From: Candidatus Bipolaricaulota bacterium | GTDB taxonomy: Bacteria > Bipolaricaulota > Bipolaricaulia > UBA7950 > UBA9294 | Length of the DNA: 10,905 nt | Assembly: GCA_040752575.1 (NCBI GenBank) | Contig: JBFMGK010000022.1 | Coordinates: forward strand, 1 to 10,905 | Direction: 5' to 3' | Shown here: positions 1 through 6,737 of the stretch, in pieces | Layout of the letters: each line of letters begins with the position of its first letter | Position numbering within the stretch: the first letter of the stretch is position 1 | Notes under the pieces: model-generated | What the model was told of the DNA's origin: nothing | Database searches by the model: none | What the model saw: the letters and a program-made list of their open reading frames with translations, nothing else | Position numbers and translations under genes: made by a program

Positions 1-589
1 GGCCGTGGAGGGCGATGGACTTCGCGGCGGCATACGCGAACCAGTCCTCGGATACGACGAGCCCGTACAGCGCCGAATCCAACGCGACGCCAGCGGGAAC
101 CGCGGGTCCCTTGAGGGCGTGCCGCGCAAAGGTCTGACGGCCGCCGAGGTCTACGTCCATGCCGACGATCCCCAGCTCTTGCATCTCGAGGAGGACCGAC
201 CCGAGGGCCTCCATCTCCTCGAGCGCCGCCGCGACCACAACGACGAGTTCCGAGCCCGCCGCCGACGGCCGCAGGGCGTACGTCATGCCGGCGTGCGCCA
301 CGCGGAGGTAGAACCGGGCCCCGCTGGTCACGAGCAGGCGATCGGCACCCAGAACATCGAGAGACTGCCCGGAAGCGGTCTGCGGTCGTTCCGGAACGTC
401 GAGCACGACGAACCCGTTGTCCGACGCCGCGGATCGCAGCGCGTTGACGTCGACGACGAGAGCCCCCAAGGGATAGATGCTGTACTCATTGGGGTCCAGG
501 GCAAGGACCCCCGGTGCCGCGCTGGCCAGCGCAAGAACAGCGAGCGTCGCCACGCCGGCGAAGCGAATGACGGTGCGCCTTCCTCTCAT
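1..589 (-). CDS. Secreted hypothetical protein, partial (runs off the left edge; absent from the ORF track)
   Basis: Manual translation from ATG at 589 is open to the window edge: MRGRRTVIRFAGVATLAVLALASAAPGVLA-LDPNEYSIYPLGALVVDVNALRSAAS...LDSALYGLVVSEDWFAYAAAKSIALHG. Strong SD (AAGGAGGAG) just upstream of the ATG. Basic N-terminus, hydrophobic core and V-L-A cleavage site indicate a Sec signal peptide. Confidence 0.85.
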   Translation of the reverse strand, partial: MRGRRTVIRFAGVATLAVLALASAAPGVLALDPNEYSIYPLGALVVDVNALRSAASDNGFVVLDVPERPQTASGQSLDVLGADRLLVTSGARFYLRVAHAGMTYALRPSAAGSELVVVVAAALEEMEALGSVLLEMQELGIVGMDVDLGGRQTFARHALKGPAVPAGVALDSALYGLVVSEDWFAYAAAKSIALHG

Positions 590-668
590 GGTCTCCTCCT
601 TCTTTCCCGATCCAGTGACCATCTCGACGTACGTACACCCAGGGGCCCTCGTCCGTTCCGCTGACTGC

Positions 669-2048
669 CTAGGGACAGGGAGAGAGACCGTCGTCAAGGA
701 GCCCGCCCTGTGCCGCGAGCGCCGCGGCGAGATCCTCCGGTGTGGCGATGCGGCCTGTGAGTGCGCAGACGTACGACCGCAGGGCTACGAAGAACGCCTC
801 GTCTCCCATCTCGGCCCGCATCTTGGCGAGGGCGAGCGCCCCGCCGCTGTACACGAAAGCCGAGTAGGTTGTGCCGTCGGGGAACGCGTAGAGGGGCGAG
901 CCTGGACCCAGGAGTGGATACGTCGCGCGAGCCGAGGCGTAGCGGAGAGCCCAGTCCTGTCGCTCCGCCTCGGCTCGGGCTTCGGAAACAATCTCGGCGA
1001 AGTAGACGTTGGACAAGTACGTGGCGAACGCCTCGTCGAGCCAGGGCGCTTCCACGGGATCGTTGCCCACCGCGGCGTAGAACCATTGGTGCGCCGTCTC
1101 GTGGGAGACGATCACTTCGAAGAACGGATCGCGCGGCCTTGCGCCATACGCCGAACTCACGAGGACCATACCATGAAGCTCCATTCCCGCGACGCCTGCC
1201 AAGGGGACCTCGACGACGTGGAGCGTTTCCTGGGGGGGAGGTCCGAGGTGCGAGCTGAAGACGTCCAGCGCGGCGGCGGCGTGCTGAGCGGCGAGGGTTG
1301 CCGCCTCCGCATGAGGAGGCTCAAACCAGGCGAGCGCGGCGCCCGCGCGCCAGGATGCGCTGACCGCAACCCGATCGTCGTCGACGAGCACGAAGGCTAC
1401 GTCGCGCGCCGACGTCGCGGCGTACGTCCGAGGCGGCTGGCCCTCGAGCGGGGGAATGGCGCGGACGCCCTCCGGCAGGCGGAGGGTTACGAGGTAGTCG
1501 GCGGCCTCGGCGAACAGGGCGTCTCCGAAAGGCATCACGGGGTCAAGGGCCCAGCCCTCGTCGAGGTACGGCGCGATCACCGGGTAGAACGTCGTGAGGG
1601 TTAGGGCGTGATCCGATTTCGTCAGGAGCCCGTAGCCCGCATCGCCGGGATCGGATCGGTCGAGCCGAGAGGCACGTCCCTCAAACGCGAGGCGAAGGGA
1701 GGCGGACTGCCCCGGAGCCAGGGGGGCAGGTAGCGAGACGACCCACGCCGTGTCGTCGACGAAGGCGGCCAGCGGGGCCGCAACGCCGTGCACTTCGGCC
1801 GACAGAACATCGACGTGGGCCGAGCCGAAGAGGCCGGGTGCGTTGGCATAGACGCGAAACCAGACCTCATCGAGGTCTCGCGGCGCCGGGTTTACGAAGC
1901 CGATGTCGAGCGTCCCTGCGAAGGTCCCCGCGTCGTAGTCGACCGCAACGTCGAGTGCATAGCGGTGTCCGGCACAAAGGCCGCCGAAAACGAGGACGGC
2001 GAGCGAGGCGGCCCAGAGGACCTTATGGTGCAGCGTTGCGTTGCGCAC
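669..2048 (-). CDS. M1-family (gluzincin) zinc metallopeptidase/aminopeptidase, probably exported
   Basis: HETAHQWF followed by WLDEAFA (HEXXH-x18-E) and a GAMEN-like exopeptidase motif (AGMELHG). Start moved from the track's 2156 to GTG at 2048, which lies 6 nt after AGGAGG and is followed by a hydrophobic signal-like segment (KVLWAASLAVLVFGGLCAG). 459 aa. Confidence 0.9.
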   Translation of the reverse strand: MRNATLHHKVLWAASLAVLVFGGLCAGHRYALDVAVDYDAGTFAGTLDIGFVNPAPRDLDEVWFRVYANAPGLFGSAHVDVLSAEVHGVAAPLAAFVDDTAWVVSLPAPLAPGQSASLRLAFEGRASRLDRSDPGDAGYGLLTKSDHALTLTTFYPVIAPYLDEGWALDPVMPFGDALFAEAADYLVTLRLPEGVRAIPPLEGQPPRTYAATSARDVAFVLVDDDRVAVSASWRAGAALAWFEPPHAEAATLAAQHAAAALDVFSSHLGPPPQETLHVVEVPLAGVAGMELHGMVLVSSAYGARPRDPFFEVIVSHETAHQWFYAAVGNDPVEAPWLDEAFATYLSNVYFAEIVSEARAEAERQDWALRYASARATYPLLGPGSPLYAFPDGTTYSAFVYSGGALALAKMRAEMGDEAFFVALRSYVCALTGRIATPEDLAAALAAQGGLLDDGLSPCP

Positions 2049-2075
2049 TCGAGACCTCCTTCCGTGATCCCTCCG

Positions 2076-2081
2076 AGTATA
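2076..2081 (-). promoter_or_regulatory. Candidate -10 box (TATACT) for the M1 peptidase gene
   Basis: TATACT on the minus strand about 30 nt upstream of the GTG start. There is no good -35 at 17 bp spacing (TTCTCC). Confidence 0.4.
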
Positions 2082-2128
2082 GGCAGAGGGCACGCCGTGG
2101 AGAAAGGGATCGCGGCACAGGCGACAGG

Positions 2129-2157
2129 GTGACAAAGCATAGAGGATGATATACACT
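2129..2157 (+). promoter_or_regulatory. Candidate sigma70-type promoter for the lamin-tail-domain gene
   Basis: GTGACA (2129-2134), 17 bp spacer, TACACT (2152-2157), in the AT-richer divergent intergenic region upstream of SD AGGAGG (2191-2196). Confidence 0.5.
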
Positions 2158-2201
2158 ATGAACCGTCATGAGCATACGTGACACAAGAAAAGGAGGATGA
2201 A

Positions 2202-3134
2202 ATGCGTAACGTCATGACACGACGAGGCGGACTGGGCCTTCTCACCCTGGTTCTTGTGGCGATCGTGGGCGCTCCGGCAGGCGCTACAACGCTGTACCTG
2301 AGCGAGATCGCGTGGGCCGGGACGGCGGCCGGTTCGCAAGACGAGTGGATCGAACTGGGCAACGCAGGGACCGAGAGCGTCGACCTTGCCGGGTGGGTGC
2401 TCCAGATCGGCGACCTGAGCATTCCGCTGGGGGTCGTCGCCGAGGCGACGATCGAGGTTCGGACGGCGTCTGTTGCGCCGGGAGCCTTCCTCTTACTGGA
2501 ACGCACCGACGACACGACCGTCGCGGACATCGACGCCGATTTCCTGTTCAAGGGGAGTCTTCCGAACGACGGAGCCGACGTCCGTCTCGTGGACCCCATG
2601 GGGCGCATCGTCGATGAGCTCTGCTGCGCCGATTTGGGGTGGCCCGGCGGGAGCACGAGCAGCGGCCAGCCGGCGTACGCCACGATGGAGCGCGTCGATC
2701 CCGAGGAGGCCGGCCAGACGTGGCGGACACACGGCGGAGGCGATGTTCGTTGCGGAGTCGACGCCCAAGGGAATCCACTCTGCGGCACTCCACGTGCGGA
2801 GAACGCGGCGTCGATGGAGTACCGCGCGACGCCTCGCGTGACCGTCCACGAGCCGGCAGATGCCGTCGCGGACTGCCCCGTCATCGTCCGCTGGTCGGCC
2901 GTCGACCCGGACGGGTTGGCCGCGGCGTTGGCGATTCGGATCTCAGTGCGTGCGGCCGGCGAGGAAGCGTGGACGGTTGTGGCCGAGGGGCTGTCGAACC
3001 AAGGCTCGTACGCTTGGGAATGTCAGCTAGGTGGGACGGCGGGCGACGTCGAGTTGCGCGTCGAGGCCACAGACGGCGACGGAAGGACGGGCGACGCCGT
3101 GGTCGGCCCGTTCGCGGTCAGTTCGGAACCGTAG
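2202..3134 (+). CDS. Secreted lamin-tail-domain (LTD) protein with a C-terminal Ig-like beta-rich domain
   Basis: LTD signature LYLSEIAWAG...DEWIELGN...VDLAGWVL...APGAFLLL, and the GTPRAEN ending typical of bacterial LTDs. Signal peptide ends in A-G-A. ATG at 2202 lies 5 nt after AGGAGG (the track starts at GTG 2178). The C-terminal PRVTVHEP...VRWSAVDPDG...SYAW...LRVEATDG segment looks like a beta-sandwich (inference). 310 aa. Confidence 0.85.
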   Translation: MRNVMTRRGGLGLLTLVLVAIVGAPAGATTLYLSEIAWAGTAAGSQDEWIELGNAGTESVDLAGWVLQIGDLSIPLGVVAEATIEVRTASVAPGAFLLLERTDDTTVADIDADFLFKGSLPNDGADVRLVDPMGRIVDELCCADLGWPGGSTSSGQPAYATMERVDPEEAGQTWRTHGGGDVRCGVDAQGNPLCGTPRAENAASMEYRATPRVTVHEPADAVADCPVIVRWSAVDPDGLAAALAIRISVRAAGEEAWTVVAEGLSNQGSYAWECQLGGTAGDVELRVEATDGDGRTGDAVVGPFAVSSEP

Positions 3135-4017
3135 GCGGAACGGACGGGTCGGCCCGCGTGCCGAGAAGCTCGCGGAGGTCGTCCAGGTGGGCCGAAACGG
3201 AAGCTCGACCTGCTTGGATGGCCTCTTCTGTGTATTCGAACGCGAACATGCGGATCCATCCGACATCGGGGCGGAGCACGACCAGGCGGCCGTCGAGGCG
3301 GCGGCGGGCGAGGTCGAGCTGAAGCTGCGTGAGGTGTTTCGAAGTTGCACGCTGCGACTGCAGCATGGCGTCCAGAGTCGTGTCGACGCGGCGCGTCAGC
3401 GGAGCGCCTGTATCGACGGCAACCACGGCCGTGGCGCCGAGGTCGATGACTGCGTCGACCGGCACCTTGTCGACGATCCCGCCGTCGATGAGAAACCGCT
3501 CGTTCCACGGCACGGGCGGAAAGACGCCCGGCACCGCGGTGGTTGCGGCAAGGGCGTGGGCGATGGACCCCTCCTTGAGGACGACGCGCTGTCCCGTCTC
3601 GATGTCCATGGCGACGACGGCCAGCGGAAGGCGCACGTCGGTGAACGATCGGTTGGCGGTCAACAGCCCGTAGAATTCCAGGAGCCGCGACAGCTCAGGG
3701 GGGCGGGTTCCCGTCGCCCGCCATGCGGCGCCGCGCACGACCTCCAACATACTGCGAGACAGGAGCCGCTGCGCTTCGCGGAGCGCGTTGTCCGACACCT
3801 GGAGAAGCGCGTTGAGATCCAGGGCGGCGAGCAGACGTGCCAAGAGACGCAGATCGACCCCAAGGGCCTTGGCCGCGCCGACGGCGGCTCCCATGCTTGT
3901 CCCGGCGACGGCCTCGACGGGAAGGCCCGCTTCGTCCAGGGCGAGTAGGACGCCGAGGTGCGCGAACGCGCGGGCGCCGCCGCCCCCGAGTGCCGCTCCC
4001 ATCCGCCGTTCCGTCAA
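3118..4017 (-). CDS. Patatin-like phospholipase/esterase (RssA/YlbK-like)
   Basis: Oxyanion loop ALGGGGARAFAHLGV, nucleophile motif GTSMG and catalytic DGG. I place the start at TTG 4017 (GGAGG 8 nt upstream). Alternatives are ATG 4002 or the track's TTG 4065, which would read through the terminator hairpin. The 3' end overlaps the convergent LTD gene by 17 bp. Confidence 0.9.
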   Translation of the reverse strand: MTERRMGAALGGGGARAFAHLGVLLALDEAGLPVEAVAGTSMGAAVGAAKALGVDLRLLARLLAALDLNALLQVSDNALREAQRLLSRSMLEVVRGAAWRATGTRPPELSRLLEFYGLLTANRSFTDVRLPLAVVAMDIETGQRVVLKEGSIAHALAATTAVPGVFPPVPWNERFLIDGGIVDKVPVDAVIDLGATAVVAVDTGAPLTRRVDTTLDAMLQSQRATSKHLTQLQLDLARRRLDGRLVVLRPDVGWIRMFAFEYTEEAIQAGRASVSAHLDDLRELLGTRADPSVPPTVPN

Positions 4018-4055
4018 CAGAAAAACCTCCCGCTCGAGGGTAATCGAGCGGGAGG
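4016..4055 (-). terminator. Intrinsic (Rho-independent) terminator of groES-groEL
   Basis: Perfect 12-bp stem CCTCCCGCTCGA / TCGAGCGGGAGG (4026-4037 and 4044-4055) with a 6-nt loop, followed on the minus strand by TTTTTCTGTT. It begins 26 nt after the groEL stop. Confidence 0.85.
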
Positions 4056-4081
4056 CTCTAGACAATCAAGCCAGGATCAGC

Positions 4082-5698
4082 CTAGTAGTCCATGCCTGCG
4101 GGCATCCGAGGAGCCGCCGGCTCTTCCTTCTCCTTGATCTCGGCGACGAGCGCGTCGGTCGTCAAGAGCATCCCGGCGATCGACACAGCGTTCTGCAGCG
4201 CCGAGCGCGTGACCTTCGTCGGATCGATGATTCCCGCGTCGAACATGTCGCGGTACTCCTCTTTCACGACGTCGAAACCCACGCCTTTCTTCTGCTCCCG
4301 GACGTTGCCGACGACGATGCCGCCCTCGAATCCCGCGTTCTGCGCGAGCTGCCGCAACGGCGCCTCGAGCGCGCGGGCAAGGATGCCGATGCCGACCCTC
4401 TCGTCGCCTTCGGTCTCGACCTTCTCGAGGACCTTGGACGCGTTGATCAGGGCGACACCGCCTCCCGGGAGCACGCCTTCGTCGACCGCCGCTTTCGTGG
4501 CCTCGAGGGCGTCCTCCATGCGATGTTTCTTCTCCGAGAGTTCCGTCTCTGTCGGAGCGCCGACCTTGATGACGGCAACGCCGCCGGCGAGCTTCGCCTT
4601 GCGCTCCTCGAGCTTCTCGCGATCGTAGTCCGAGTCGGTCGTCTCGATCTGCGCTTCGATCTGCTCGATGCGGCCGTGGATGGCGTCGGGCTTGCCCTTC
4701 CCGCCGATGATGGTCGTGTTCGAGCCGTCAACCTTGATGCGCTCAGCGGACCCGAGCATGTCGAGCGTCGTGTCCTTCACGAGCATGCCTGCGTCTTCAG
4801 CGACCACAGTTCCGCCCGTCAGAACGGCGACGTCCTCGAGCATGGCCTTGCGGCGGTCGCCGAATCCGGGGGCCTTGACGGCGCAGCTGATCAGCGTTCC
4901 CTTCAGCTTGTTGAGCACGAGGGTCGTCAGGGCTTCGCCCGTGACGTCCTTCGCGATCACGAGGAGGGGCTTTCCGGTCTGCACGACCCGCTCGAGCAAC
5001 GGCACCAGATCGGTCGCGCTCTTGATCTCCTGGTCGGTGACGAAGATGAGCGGCTTCTCGAGGAGGACCTCCATCTTCTTCGGATCGGTGACGAAGTACG
5101 GGGAGATGTACTCGCGATCGAACTGCATCCCCTCGACGACTTCGTAGTACGTTTCGATGGTATCGGAGTCCTCGACCGTGATAACGCCGTCCTCGCCGAC
5201 GGCTTCCATCGCGTCGGCGATGATCTTTCCGATGGCCTCATCCTTCGCCGAGTTTGCGCCGACCTGAGCGGTCTCGTCCTTCGACTTGAGCTTCCGGCTC
5301 ATCTTCTTGAGTTCCTCAACGATGGCGGCGGAGCCCTTCTCGATTCCGCGCTTGAGTTCCATCGGATTGGCACCCGCGGCAAGGTTCTTGAACCCGTCCT
5401 CGATCATCGCGTGGGCAAGGACCGTCGCGGTCGTCGTTCCGTCTCCGACGTTGTCGTTCGTCTTCGACGCGACTTCCTTAACGAGCTGCGCCCCCATGTT
5501 CTCGAAGACGTCCTTGTACTCCTGCTCCTGGGCGATCGTGACCCCGTCGTTCGTGATGTCGGGACTGCCGAACTTCTTGTCGATGATGACGTTCCGGCCG
5601 CGCGGTCCCAGCGTGATGCGCACCGCGTCCGCCAGCTTGTCGATGCCCACCTTCATCCGTCGGCGGGCTTCCTCGCCGAAAATGACCTCTTTCGCCAT
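4082..5698 (-). CDS. groEL: Chaperonin GroEL (Cpn60)
   Basis: [59 protein letters not shown] and [16 protein letters not shown] motifs. 538 aa. SD-like AGGGGGAG upstream. Confidence 0.99.
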   Translation of the reverse strand: MAKEVIFGEEARRRMKVGIDKLADAVRITLGPRGRNVIIDKKFGSPDITNDGVTIAQEQEYKDVFENMGAQLVKEVASKTNDNVGDGTTTATVLAHAMIEDGFKNLAAGANPMELKRGIEKGSAAIVEELKKMSRKLKSKDETAQVGANSAKDEAIGKIIADAMEAVGEDGVITVEDSDTIETYYEVVEGMQFDREYISPYFVTDPKKMEVLLEKPLIFVTDQEIKSATDLVPLLERVVQTGKPLLVIAKDVTGEALTTLVLNKLKGTLISCAVKAPGFGDRRKAMLEDVAVLTGGTVVAEDAGMLVKDTTLDMLGSAERIKVDGSNTTIIGGKGKPDAIHGRIEQIEAQIETTDSDYDREKLEERKAKLAGGVAVIKVGAPTETELSEKKHRMEDALEATKAAVDEGVLPGGGVALINASKVLEKVETEGDERVGIGILARALEAPLRQLAQNAGFEGGIVVGNVREQKKGVGFDVVKEEYRDMFDAGIIDPTKVTRSALQNAVSIAGMLLTTDALVAEIKEKEEPAAPRMPAGMDY

Positions 5699-5719
5699 CT
5701 TGACACTCCCCCTTCGACG

Positions 5720-6013
5720 CTATTCTTTGACGACGGCGAGGACCTTCGACTCCTCGACCAGGATGTACTTGTCTTCGCCTTCTTCGAGCTCAGTACCGGA
5801 GAAGCTCTGGACGAGGATATGGTCCCCGACCTTGACCTCGAACTTCTCGTCGGTCCCGATGGCCACGACCTCGGCACGGATCGTCTTTTCGTTTTTCACC
5901 GACTCGGGAAGCACAATGCCCCCCGCCGTGGTCCGCGCCTCGGCCTCGATCTTCTTGGCGAGGATCCTCTTGCCGAGGGGCTTGACCCTCTTCGCCAACG
6001 ACTTGGTCGTCAT
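5720..6013 (-). CDS. groES: Co-chaperonin GroES (Cpn10)
   Basis: VKPLGKRIL, mobile loop TTAGGIVLP, VKVGD and final VLAVV. 97 aa. Lies directly upstream of groEL, with SD AAAGGAGGAGG. Confidence 0.98.
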   Translation of the reverse strand: MTTKSLAKRVKPLGKRILAKKIEAEARTTAGGIVLPESVKNEKTIRAEVVAIGTDEKFEVKVGDHILVQSFSGTELEEGEDKYILVEESKVLAVVKE

Positions 6014-6036
6014 CTAGACCTCCTCCTTTGCGGTGG

Positions 6037-6063
6037 TTAGCACTCAAGGTCACAGCTTGCTAA
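6037..6063. promoter_or_regulatory. CIRCE element (HrcA operator)
   Basis: TTAGCACTC-N9-GCTTGCTAA versus consensus TTAGCACTC-N9-GAGTGCTAA: one perfect arm, one arm with 2 mismatches, exact 9-bp spacer. It sits between the promoter and the SD of groES. Confidence 0.93.
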
Positions 6064-6066
6064 GTG

Positions 6067-6095
6067 ATTGTAGCGACGCCCCCCGGGCACGTCAA
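6067..6095 (-). promoter_or_regulatory. Sigma70/sigmaA-type promoter of groESL
   Basis: Minus strand TTGACG (6095-6090), 17 bp spacer, TACAAT (6072-6067). Each hexamer is a 5/6 match to consensus, immediately upstream of CIRCE. Confidence 0.85.
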
Positions 6096-6107
6096 GGCGG
6101 GCAGCCG

Positions 6108-6136
6108 TTGCACAGAGCGACCGTGGCGACGATAGT
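6108..6136 (+). promoter_or_regulatory. Candidate promoter for the DUF2227-like gene (probably leaderless)
   Basis: TTGCAC (6108-6113), 17 bp spacer, GATAGT (6131-6136). The ATG follows 6 nt later with no SD. Confidence 0.45.
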
Positions 6137-6142
6137 CCAAGC

Positions 6143-6628
6143 ATGCCCTCGGGAAAGGTCCACCTTGCGCTCGACGCCGCGGCGCTTGTGGTTCTCGCGT
6201 CCGCAGGAGCGGCTCTCGTCGTGCGTCGCGCTGTTCCGGTCACGCTCGCAGGCGCGTTTCTCGGAGGATACGCTTTCTCGATGATCTTTCTCAGTCCGGA
6301 CCTCGACCTCGCGCGAAGCCACGGCATGCAACGATGGGGACCGCTGGCGTTCCTGTGGCGGCCATACGCGGCGTGGTTCCGCCATCGTGGGCTTTCGCAC
6401 CACCCCCTTTGGGGTCCCCTTTCGCGCCTGGGTTACCTGGCGCTCCTCGTTGTGGCCGCCTTCCTCGTCGCGCAAGCGGCGCTCGGCAGGCAGATCGTGC
6501 GGCCGGTCGAGGGTGTCGCGGCGCTGGGCCTGGCGGCCGTGGGCGGAGCCTACGCGAGCAATCTGCTGCACATCGCTGCCGATGCGGTGGGAGCGTGGCG
6601 GGTGCGGTGCCGCCGCTCGACGCGCTAA
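6143..6628 (+). CDS. DUF2227-like putative metal-binding membrane protein
   Basis: MPSGKVH start, FLSPDLD, RWGPLAFLWRPY, HRGLSHHPLWG and final LHIAAD motifs with several hydrophobic segments. This pattern matches what I know of the DUF2227 family. 161 aa. Confidence 0.8.
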   Translation: MPSGKVHLALDAAALVVLASAGAALVVRRAVPVTLAGAFLGGYAFSMIFLSPDLDLARSHGMQRWGPLAFLWRPYAAWFRHRGLSHHPLWGPLSRLGYLALLVVAAFLVAQAALGRQIVRPVEGVAALGLAAVGGAYASNLLHIAADAVGAWRVRCRRSTR

Positions 6629-6685
6629 CCCTCGAGGAGTCGCCGCTGCACGTGACGCAGAGGGGACGGCCTGCGGCGTTGCGGG

Positions 6686-6691
6686 TATCAT
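6686..6691 (+). promoter_or_regulatory. Candidate -10 box (TATCAT) for the efp operon
   Basis: TATCAT in the 109-bp intergenic region, about 50 nt upstream of the efp start. No convincing -35. Confidence 0.35.
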
Positions 6692-6737
6692 GGGAATCAT
6701 CGACCGAAGCCGGCAGGCGACGAAGGGAGCACGTGGT

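Noticed and set aside
5..1604. + strand ORFs 5..664 and 477..1604
   Set aside because: Arg/Gly-rich shadow frames opposite the secreted protein and the M1 peptidase, which have the SD, signal peptides and motifs.
1966..2048. Lipoprotein signal in the M1 peptidase (FGGLC)
   Set aside because: The residues before Cys do not match the lipobox [LVI][ASTVI][GAS]C. An ordinary signal peptide or membrane anchor is more likely.
2129..2220. Repeated TGACA/GTCATGA motifs around the LTD promoter as a possible operator
   Set aside because: Short and irregularly spaced, with one copy inside the coding region. Not distinguishable from chance without comparative data.
3118..3134. 17-bp convergent overlap between the LTD and patatin genes
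   Set aside because: Short 3' overlaps are common in compact GC-rich genomes, and the overlapping patatin tail looks like a non-conserved extension.
3788..6040. 750-aa + strand ORF antisense to groEL/groES
   Set aside because: It lies in exact codon register opposite groEL and groES. Such shadow frames are common opposite GC-rich, codon-biased genes. There is no recognisable domain.
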